Of a stretch of DNA of 64,000 bases, positions 31,000 to 41,046 are shown in pieces. Position 1 is the first letter of the stretch, and each line of letters opens with the position of its first letter. Source of the stretch: Catajapyx aquilonaris (lineage: Eukaryota). The stretch spans positions 1-64,000 of the forward strand of contig KZ538092.1 in assembly GCA_000934665.2 (NCBI GenBank), written 5' to 3'. A program made the position numbers and the translations under genes. The notes under the pieces were generated by a model. It was not told the origin of the DNA and made no database searches. It worked only from the letters and a program-made list of their open reading frames with translations.

Positions 31000-31740
31000 T
31001 CGGTGTTGCCAACCGTCCCATTAGACTGCGTTCTTATGGGCAGCGTTGCCAACCGTGCCATTGGTTCCTATGGGAAGTGTTGCCACTCTTGCCAACCGGC
31101 CATTTGACTCCACTGCTTGGCTCCTAATGGGAAGCGTTACCAACCGTCATAATTATTAGGTCCGGCTATGGTATGCGTTGCCAACCGGCCATTTGGCTCC
31201 ACTGTTTGTCTCCTAGTGGGCAGTGTTGCCAACTGTCCCATTAGTTCCTATGGGAAGTGTTGCCACTCTTGCCAACCGGCCATTTGGCTCCACTGTTTGG
31301 CTGATTGGCTCCTAATGGGCAGGGTTACCAACTGTCCCATTGGTTCCTATGGGAAGTGTTGCCACTCTTGCCAACCGGCCATTTGGCTCCACTGTTTGGC
31401 TCCTAATGAGCAGGGTTACCAACTGTCCCATTGGTTCCTATGGGAAGTGTTGCCACTCTTGCCAACCGGCCATTTGGCTCCACTGTTTGGCTGATTGGCT
31501 CCTAATGGGCAGGGTTACCAACTGTCCCATTGGTTCCTATGGGAAGTGTTGCCACTCTTGCCAACCGGCCATTTGGCTCCACTGTTTGGCTGATTGGCTC
31601 CTAATGGGCAGGGTTACCAACCGTCATATTAGGTTCATATGGGCAGCGTTGCCAACCGTGATGTTCGGGGTCATAATTACTGGCAGTGTTGCCATCCCTG
31701 CTATTCGGTTCATATGGGCGGTGTTGCCATCCATTTGGTT
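31000..31740. repeat. Minisatellite of 91/99-bp units built from GTTGCCAAC-type subrepeats
   Basis: TGCCACTCTTGCCAACCGGCCATTTGGCTCCACTGTTTGG recurs at about 31082, 31261, 31360, 31451, 31550 (spacings 99, 91, 99), with degenerate units at both edges. Confidence 0.9.
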
Positions 31741-34700
31741 GCGAAAATGTAGGTGAATACGTTTTTAGACGAGCTGCCCCAGCTCCATTGTTGTTGCTTG
31801 ACTGTTCGCCCTAGCGCGAATGTTGTGCGGATGTTTAGAAATGTACTGTACAGTACTGTACTGTACGATGTCCTGAATATCTGATGGGGTTCAATGCAGA
31901 ATGTTCGGCTCTCGACATTCCGTTGCTTTTCCTGCGTCACTGTTCTGTGTTGCGATGAACTAATTGTAAAATGCAAATATGTGCAGGGCAGTGGACTGCC
32001 CATGCCTCTAGTTCAAGATGAGGGTGCAGAAGAAGTTATGGCGGCTTGCAACCAGAACCGCTATGCCAGTTCATGGACTTGTCGGGATTGCTTGTTGCTT
32101 CTCTTGTAGCTAGCTGCTGGAGTAAACAACTGAGACTTGAGAATGTGCCACATTGTAAATCAAAATTTAGGGCCAACTTTACCTGAATGCCAGCAATAAA
32201 TGAGACATTTATGACCGCGTTCAGAAGACACTGGCACGAATGCTTACTGGACAGTCTGGACATTTACTGAACCTTATTTGTTGTTACCAGCAGGGATTTG
32301 ACTGATACATTCGTGAGTGCTGTACTTTCCAACAGAATTGTAGCCAAGGGGGTAATCACTTCGGTACTCCGGTGTACACCTGCAAGTGGTACTCCCAGGT
32401 ACTCCTTAGGTACTTTACTCTTTGGTACTCCTTGGTACTCCTTGAATTAGGCACTCCAGTGTACACTTTTCAGTCCAGTGGTTACCCCCTTGATTGTAGC
32501 TCCCTATTGACTGATTTGAATAATGTGAGACCAGCAGTGCTTCTTCTCACGTATTAATAATTTAATTTTAATAATATTTTCTTCTCACGTATGAAGACTT
32601 TCAGTCACTGTCACCTATAACGACAATAAAGGTAGTTTGTAATCGCAATAGTATTATTTAACTGCCATTAGCTCCTAATGGACAGTTAGAAAAAGTGAGC
32701 TACCAGACAAAATGTTTGTACGGCAGTATTGCTGGGTATAGCGTATCTAGGTGATGTTGATACCAGCTGCAGGGGTGTTTAGTCTGCGATGAGAGGTCGA
32801 ACGAAAGCATGCCCAAAGTATTGTATAGGCAGAGGATTTGAAGTATACAACGTCTGGACACAGAGAAATTTCGCAACTGATTTGAAAATATTGTTAAGAA
32901 TAATGTGATATCGTCGACAGTTGCTGCCAAATTATATTCTGCTGGTATTCGAACGAGCCAGAATAAGATAATTTTGTGCATGTTATAATGTGGTTTATCT
33001 TAACACATTCTCCGTTGTGCACATACAGATTGATGCACTGCCCTAATTCCCCGTTAAAGGAAGCAGTTATGGGATTTTCAGCCCAAGTAAACATTTAAAA
33101 AGAAACCCGCTGAAAGAAACTATCAGGTCCACATTCTTTCATCGGAATTTGAACCGGTTGCTGGGGTAAACAATCCATAACTTATTCCCTAAAACTATAG
33201 GGACCTTGGCAGTGCATATACCAGAGTATCAGGAAATTTTTATAAGCCCAAGAATGGTGGTGATTTTCTATTTTCATCTTTACAATGGAATGACAGTTTG
33301 TCAAGTCTGCATTTATAATGCAACTGATATCCGTGAAATAACCAAAGACAACAGTCCTTTATAGATCAAGTGATCAGCAAATAACGAGGTTCATCCTGCA
33401 GGTTAGGTAACCCATGTGACTCATCTGGAGCACCTGCTGCCGTCTTGTTAGGAGCTAATCTACAGGCTGTATAATATTCCGGTATACTGCAAGGGCTATA
33501 TAAGGGTTATACTGTACAGAAGAAATGACAGTGAGCAGCAAGACGGGCAGTGAGGCTTGTAAAATTTAACATGACGGCGCGGCGGGCTCCAAGTTGCGGC
33601 ATTGCTGCTGCAGAGGACCTATACACCCAGAGAGCGATGTGATGCATACCGTAGTAGTAATGTAACCAGAGAACCTTCTGAATGCAACCATGAGACGAGA
33701 GTCGCAGGCTTGGCTGCCCTGCCTGGCTGGTTGGGTTGAGCCTGGGCTGGCTGGCTGGCTGGGTTTGGTGGGTGGGTTTGGTTGGCAGGCATCTGCAATA
33801 TAACGAAGGAAGGCAAACTGGGGGGGTGATGGCAGAGTGGCAAGTTCCCCTGCCAACAGGGAGAGAGGTTGGGGGGTTCGATCCCCACGAACTGCCTCGG
33901 TTGGAAATAACCTCGCAGGCCTGCTTTGATGAACAAAATTATTATGCAGTATACATAGTATAGTGTGATGTATACAGTACACATATGGCACAACTTGGGA
34001 GTCCTAAATATGCATGGTGCACTGATCAATCATTTAAAAAAAAAGTAGATGAGAAGTTATGTCACAGACACTACAGTAGTTGTCATCATTGTTCTGTCTC
34101 TATTGTTGGGGTACATACCATCACTTTTTTTGCATCAACATTCCCCTCTTATTGAAGTGGGAATTAGGCAGTGCGTCACCCTTATTCTACTGGCAGGCCT
34201 GTACGCCACGATACTGGCTGGGAAACGAACCAAGGATAGGCAGCAGATTACGAAAGCGTCACTCACTGCAATATTTTGGGCCCTTCTGCAGCTGTAATGT
34301 AATAATTACTGAAGAGAAAGCACCAATTATTACAACTCAGAAGTACATTTTTTTTAAAAAAAATGTGCTAATTTAAAATAATGGCATGCAGGTCTACACT
34401 AGACACCAGGCTTGATATTTCTCAACCTGGTTATACATGCGCATTTTTGTGCAGTCATTGTTTTTTTTACTACTAACCCTTAGGAAATAAAACCAGGCCT
34501 ATTATAATCGTCATTCTGATAAAACGTGTTAGATTACAAACTCACGTGTTCGACCTGACCTTCATTATGCAATGCAGTTTAAAAGTTTAATACCAATGCC
34601 ATTAGCAGTTCTTCAGACTTTGGGTGGTTTTTCCCTGTTGATAGTGTAGTATACATGGACATTTTTAGACATCAAATAACAAATGGAAGAGGCTACTTAT

Positions 34701-35888
34701 CAGGCTATGGAGAGCGTCTGTATTGATAAAACCAGCTATTCATGCTAGTTGCACTCTTCTGATTTATTCTTATTGTCAACTGACATGTATATTAAATGAC
34801 TGTCATCATGGATAAACCAGCTGCATCATTTTCACATGATTTCAGTGGTGTGATTGGTCCAAGCGTATATTATTTGAACTTCGATCATTGTCCGTAATGC
34901 GCCGTATTTTAGCGATAGAGGGCGCACATATGTAGTGTACAGTAGCTATGTGTGCGGATGATATATCGCTCATGACGCTGTACTTAGTCATACAGTAAAA
35001 CACAAGTAGATTGAAAAAAAGAGGTTGCACTCAAATCCTGAACAACCTGCCAGGATGTTCCAGAAGATCCGTCCTATGCTATTAAACGCGCATTTGAATT
35101 CTATACAGGCAGTACTCCTTTTCATTGCCGTGGCATGATTGGTCGACCAACGTCATCAAACTTCCTGCCATTAGTGCGCAAGCGATTTTTTTTCTCTCTC
35201 TCTTTCCCCGACACCGTGCACAGGGGAAAGGCATGGGTGGTGACGCATTTATTTCAGCGGAAAAACACGCAACGGATTGAAAATGCAATCGAGAATTATT
35301 GAGGTTATATGTGAAGATCCCGTCAACTAGATCTTATGACGTCGTCTTTTGTCTTCAGCATGTGCACAGCAAATTCGTCAAGTCTGTAGTTACTACTTGC
35401 GATAATTAGTACAGAAAAACATATTTTGCCATCTTCCCCTACCCTTTTACTAAAAATGGCATATTCTGTACTTTCCCAATCATCTATCGACGAAGTATAT
35501 AGATTGAGACTGGAGTCGAGGACATATTTTTGTGCGTGAGGGTCACAAACATGTTTCTGTTGAAAAATACACGGGTACAGTACTTGATAAAAACGCGCGC
35601 AGCAAAATTCTATACAACTTATTCGCATTAATGTTCATTATGGGTCATCGACCTGTACGCTCGGCAGGAAAATATTGGGTGTTGACGTATATAGCCTTGA
35701 ACTATCGTATATTGCCACAAGTAAATTTTGCAATTGAACGTCACTACTTCAGATACTGGGTAGTCGTGGAACTTTCTTAGTAATTATTACAATGCAATGG
35801 TGTCATTTTTGGACATTAAAAAAGCCAGGTATACATCTATAAATTTTATTAATCAGTAAAAAAACTAATACGGTACATAAACATTCCG

Positions 35889-36013
35889 GGTGGAATTTTC
35901 GTCCCACTGCTAGTTACTGATAACTTAGCAGTAGGCCTACCAGTGTTGGGAATGGCTACTGATAATAAGTTAGCAGTAGGCCTATAGCTAGCAGTGGGAC
36001 GAAAAATCCATCC
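35889..36013. mobile_element. Small inverted-repeat element with internal direct repeat
   Basis: TTTTCGTCCCACTGCTAG (about 35897-35913) is inverted as CTAGCAGTGGGACGAAAA (35988-36005); TACTGATAA..TTAGCAGTAGGCCTA occurs twice inside. Confidence 0.6.
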
Positions 36014-36583
36014 GCACACTCTAGGAGAGTGTCCCGGAAAAATTTCAACATTTGAACTACAGAAGTAGCAGTCACTGCTCATCCTTCGTTGTATGGTTAC
36101 GCCTATTCTTATTATTGGTCCGCCGCATATTGTTTATACCACGACTCTTCCGATTGGCGCCCCCTCACACACAACAATACGAGTAACACATTGTTGAGGT
36201 CATTTCTCTGGAAAGCCCAAAGCCATTAACAAACAATCAGGCTTTTGTCGCCACCGCTGACCGCAGGCCTAGAAAAAAAAGCGAGCGAAGCGAGAGTGTT
36301 TCTAGGTTTAATGTTAATATTATATGTCGCTGTGTACCATTGTTTGTTCGTAGCAAGTTGAGTTTGAATCACGATATATTCAGAACCGCAAAACAATCGC
36401 TAACAAATGGCTCATTTTTTTTTTTTTTACATCCAACTCCCGACCTGGCGTTGTTTTGCAAAAATGTCACAAATTTATCAATTCCGCCGCATGCGTACGG
36501 GCCCTGTACGCACTGATCGATTTCCTTGTACTATTAGCCTATAATATAAAAAAAACAAAGCATTCCCTTTGTTTGTACAAATC

Positions 36584-36725
36584 GGCAACACTGGTGACGT
36601 CACCCGGATAGTTGGGGAGCGGTGAAGGGTAAGGGTGGGGAGGGGGGGCTTTGACGTCATTGGTCACCCTGATTTCCTATTGGTCCACGTGACCTGAACC
36701 CGGTTGCGCCATTGGCCGTATATAA
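36584..36725 (+). promoter_or_regulatory. Promoter of the PNRC-like gene: two CRE palindromes, ERSE-II/E-box, three CCAAT boxes, TATA
   Basis: TGACGTCA at 36595 and 36652; ATTGG at 36659, 36679, 36711; ATTGG-T-CCACG(TG) at 36679-36691; TATATAA at 36719-36725. Confidence 0.7.
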
Positions 36726-37016
36726 GCCTCATCCCCCCCTCCGGCCCCTCTTTGAGCAGGAAAAAGGAGAGAGCTTGTCAGCTTGATTGTGTTTTGCGTT
36801 TTGAGTTTTTGAGGGACGGCCGTTTCTCTATCCCCGAGTTCCACGTCATTTTTTTCCCTTTATTAGACCCCCATCCAGAAAATAATTATCCTCACAATTT
36901 ATTTTCCCTATCTATCAAAAAAAATATTCCCAAGACTACTTGGTCCCCCAGATTTTAACGATTTCACCTTCCACCTCATCATCACCCTCCCACTTCGGAA
37001 CAGTCGGCCATATTGG

Positions 37017-37127
37017 ATGTTCGACGCCATTTCGGTGTTCGAAAAGGAATTGCTGTTGGAACAGTTGGAAGCTGAAGAAGAGGAGAGTGGGTGCTACTAC
37101 GACGAGTGTCGTACCTGTCACGTATGA
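37017..37127 (+). CDS. 36-codon upstream ORF overlapping the PNRC start codon
   Basis: MFDAISVFEKELLLEQLEAEEEESGCYYDECRTCHV*; TGA (37125-37127) overlaps the ATG (37124-37126) of the main ORF. The ORF is certain; its translation is inferred. Confidence 0.55.
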   Translation: MFDAISVFEKELLLEQLEAEEEESGCYYDECRTCHV

Positions 37128-37584
37128 CGGCCATGGTTGGAAGCAGAGGAGCGCAGATGAGGCTGGCCAACGCCCATCAGCAGTGGGCGCATCTCAAGTC
37201 AGCAGCCGCCAAAGGTAAACGCTTTTGGGGTCCAATACAATAGTTTGCAGGTTACTTCAATGCTACTTAATAGGTGGTGGAAATGGCCATCAACTGACTC
37301 CACCGAGAGGGAAGGGGCCAGATCCAGGGCTGTTGCACACTATGGTGTTTACGCCCAAGATGTCGCCGGAGCAGAAGAGAGGACAGGTGGGGCAGCAGCT
37401 GCTGCAGAACAACAACCAGAAGGTGCAGAAGCAGAGGGGCAGTCCACTTGCGACCCCTCTTGGCTCCAGGTCTCCGCCCAGGGTAGGGACAGAGGAGTTC
37501 TATGCCGGGGCCAAGTTCAGCACCCCGCCTGCCCCCACTGCACTTCCAAAGCCGCCCTCTCGATGGACACTGGTCATGGGCTGA
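37124..37584 (+). CDS. PNRC2: PNRC-motif protein (PNRC2/Edc1-like decapping coactivator), about 133 aa
   Basis: Exons 37124-37214 and 37274-37584 (59-nt GT-AG intron, phase 1). C-terminal FYAGAKFSTPPAPTALPKPPSRW matches the PNRC motif [22 protein letters not shown]. Start could alternatively be 37133. Confidence 0.85.
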
Positions 37585-40216
37585 CAGGCCTGATCCAATG
37601 CACTGCCTCTTTTATTTACATTTTTTTTGCTACCCTCGGCCTCCCCTGGAAACTGGAATCAGCAGGGACTGACACAAACCCCATTTTTGTGATCATTATT
37701 TTTTAAGAAGTTTTTTTTTTTTTTTTTGAGAATGAGAGACGCATTTGTTGGTAGTTGTGAGATTTTGTGGATGATAATGGATGACTGCAAGTGAGCATAT
37801 GTGATTTTAGTGATAATGTGAGTTGCATCTCTGCATACGTTCCTTCATTTATTATTATTCTTGGTTTTAAATTGCCTTGTGTTTCTGTTAGGGTTAAATC
37901 TACGAGGGTTGCTCAGTCATAGGAGGTAGGACGGTCCCCCTTCAAAGGGTGGCTTGTTGCACTCAATTGCAAAGTTTATTGCAAATGCTATGTGATACAT
38001 TTCTTTGGGGAGATTAAAAAAGAAGTTTTATCATTTTGTTGAACAGTGGCATGATATTATAAGTCATCCTGGTCAGTCATGTTTTAGCTACATAATAACT
38101 GTGTCCCGTAAGCATTTATGTTGAGTTCTGTTGATAATGTCAGGTAATTCGTAGTTTATTCAGAAAGATGCACTTTATGTAAAAAAGAAAACTTGGATAA
38201 CTTCCAAACAAAAAAAAATCTTGGGCATCTTGGATCTCTTAAGAATTCAAAATTAACATTAGTTCAACTGATTTTTTTATATTTTTAAAATACGGTCACA
38301 GGTTATCTTATCAACTGAGGGTATTTTTAAAACAAAGCATTGACAATGTGTATTGGTAAGATAACTCCCAGTGTGATTCCTGACAGGATACTGCCACAAT
38401 CTCTCGCACCCAGTGAAGATCGCAACACTTATAGTGGGTGCTAAAATGTTAAGCTTCCAGTCCAGTTCCTAAGACATGAAATCGTAGATTTAATCCCAAT
38501 GTATAAGTTACCTTTGTCTGCATTTTCCTATGAAGCGCCTTGTGGGCACAACAATCAAGGTATTTGTGTCAATCATCGGTTAAGATAAGTTGTTCCAAGC
38601 AACTGTTGGAAGACGAATGGTAAAATTTGAAGGTCAAGAAATACACCTCCCCCTTTTTTTTCCCAGGGGGATTGTTAGTGGGCTTACCTTTTTAAACCAG
38701 ACCAGTCAAGAAATTGTTTTGCTCACAGGTGAAATCAAATTGTGGTTACAAATTGCTGTCAGACTCGATCAGTTAGGTACAGTTACCCCCCGCAGTGGAG
38801 AATCATACCAGCAATAACTTGACCGAGGTTATTTTCTAGCATATAAGCTGTATGGGGCACTTTTCTCTATCTTGTTAAAAAACAAAAATAGTTTAAGGCC
38901 AAAGTAAGAAAGATATGTAGCCACACACAACCCATCGTTTTTCAAACATCATAGTTGTAAGTCATTTTCTCCGGTCACTGGTGTGATTTTGTCATTCATT
39001 ACCAAACCTTAGTGAAATAATTCTTAGGACCGAAAATGTAAGATCAGTCCAGTGAGTTCCAGCGACTTTTCAAACTCAAAACTTTTTTATTTTCCTTTTT
39101 CTTATTGTTATTTTTTGAGATCAGCTTTATTGATGGACAAAGATGATGGATCTTAAGTTTCTTATGCAGAGTGGTGGACATGGTTTGACTTTTATATTTT
39201 TTATGGTGTCCAAGAAATATGTGATGATTGGAGATCTACAGTATTGTTCTTTTTTTAAAAAAAACTCTATTCGGTTGTTGGAACAGCAAAAGGGGGTTTT
39301 AACAGTGGTTTATTGCCAATAAGTTTCAGTTATTTGCCTGTTACAAGTCATTCAAGTCGACCTCGATATGATTAAGACTATAACAAGATACCTGTATCTC
39401 GTGTACACACAGACATATTCATGAACACATGACACTTAGATGTATATGTACATGTGAACTTACTTTTTTTTCTGTGTGTATACACGAAAGTCTAGTCAGA
39501 GGTCGTTTAGTTTTTTACTCGTCCATTACAATGTACATAAGATTGACTTTGTCAAGTGACTATTTTTATGATAAGAAAGATTGCCCAGAGAGTGGAGCTA
39601 TTGGGTGGGATAGAGAGGGGTTGGGTGGTTGGGTGGGTGAGGAGTGTACTTTTGCGTGAACCCAGATGGGCGCACATTCCATCGCAGCTCATTGGAGAAG
39701 TGATGAGTTTCTTTTGATAAGATGGACAATGAGAGTGCTCGGAGCCATTTTTTTTTGTTTGTAATGAAATTGCGATCTCATTGGTAAGGAATCCCAACTA
39801 CATAAGTGTGCATATTGCATTACGAGGAGAGTAGTGACTGTTATATCAAATTCAAAATTCTTAAAACTTGATAAGCTGTGGGGAAGTTGGCTTGGACCAA
39901 ATTGAAGATTGAATCAGCGCATGTGTATCAGCCAGATCTTAGTGTTCACTACAGCGCCCAACATAAGACTTAACTATAAAGTACAAACAGCCTGCCTGAA
40001 ACATGCAAAAGTACACACCCGCCAACAAAAACCAGGAAAAGTCGGACTGGCCAAATGTGTAACCAGCCGATGATTTCCTAGTTGATCATGTCAGATGATG
40101 TAGCAAATGGTGTTAACCTTTGATCGCTCAAGGTGAGGTCACTGCCGCCACCCCACCCTATGTGAAACAAGTGCCCCCTCTCTCCATCCATAACAAACTA
40201 TCATTCACTGTGCATC

Positions 40217-40980
40217 ATGACCATCATCACCAACATGAACGAGAAATGAGCAAGCCATTGTGTGATGGACGATGAACTCTTTAACCATAAAGCCCCCAGA
40301 GCAACAAGGATGGAATATTATTACAAAGATGATTTGATGATTTGTGAAGAATGGAAGAAATAGATGAAGTGATGCTGAAAAGAAGAAATGAAGTAAAAGA
40401 TTTTGGCGTGCAAGAAAAGTATGAAGAATGGAAGATGAATGAAGAGAAGACAAGAGGCGAAGAGAGGAGGTGCGAGTGAGAAGAATTGTAAAATGATGGC
40501 CGAGGTGTGAAGTTTTTGGAAAGAAAGATGGAAAGAAGATGGAAAGACTAGATTTTAATATGTAGAAGTTGGATAAAGAAGAGAAGAAAAGAAGTGGAAG
40601 AAGAAAGTGTCGGATGATAGGAGACGAAGTAGATGATGCGAGATGAAGAGGAGAGTGATGCTGCGTATCAGCAAAGACTTCTGCAATCCCACCTGCCCAC
40701 CACACCACCGATGAAGCCCCAGTTTTTGAGTACAAATTGGAGGGCGGGTTTTGAGTATGGGAGCCACTTTGGGGTTGCAGACCCGAGAGCCCAACGAGAC
40801 GTCTTCCATTGGCCACAGGAGGACTTTTTCACCATACTACCTCTGCAGCCAGAAGGCTTCGAAGGCTCCATTTTTTTTTTCGAACCAAAAAAAAAATCCC
40901 TATCCCCCAATTTAATCCACAAATCTGACCCATCCCAGTCCTACCCTAAACCTCTGATATCCTTGATCCTGAACGAATAA
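40217..40980 (+). pseudogene. Intronless, purine-rich, stop- and frameshift-interrupted E/K/R-rich coding-like region; last intact ORF 40633-40980
   Basis: Fragments such as MDDELFNHKAPRATRMEYYYKDDLMICEEWKK, MEEIDEVMLKRRNEVKDFGVQEKYEEWKMNEEKTRGEERRCE and MMRDEEESDAAYQQRLLQ lie in shifting frames; TATAAA at 39975; no family recognised. Confidence 0.35.
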
Positions 40981-41023
40981 ACATGTATCCTTCCCCCTGA
41001 AATCTTAACCTATCCTTTTCCCC

Positions 41024-41046
41024 GGGCCCTTTTAAGGGCCCACAAA
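41024..41046 (+). terminator. Histone-mRNA-type 3' stem-loop
   Basis: GGCCCT-TTTA-AGGGCC (41025-41040, plus one extra G-C pair) followed by ACAAA and a purine-rich TAAGGGAA about 14 nt downstream; fits the GGYYYT-TTTH-ARRRCC consensus. Confidence 0.6.

Noticed and set aside
31168..31756. Cys-rich repetitive ORFs (CCHSCQPAIWLHC) and a CRISPR-like appearance
   Set aside because: They are translations of the minisatellite; units are near-identical with no unique spacers, there are no cas genes, and the DNA is eukaryotic.
32360..32480. GGTACTCC short repeats resembling a transposon subterminal array
   Set aside because: No partner terminus found, so it cannot be classified.
35323..35628. 101-aa minus-strand ORF between RNF38 and PNRC
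   Set aside because: No recognisable domain and no coherent multi-exon model.
37582..37593. Stop-codon readthrough of PNRC (TGA-C context)
   Set aside because: A second TGA follows after two codons; no meaningful extension.
40205..40816. 203-aa hydrophobic minus-strand ORF
   Set aside because: F/L/S-rich composition is the expected antisense shadow of a GAA-rich plus strand.
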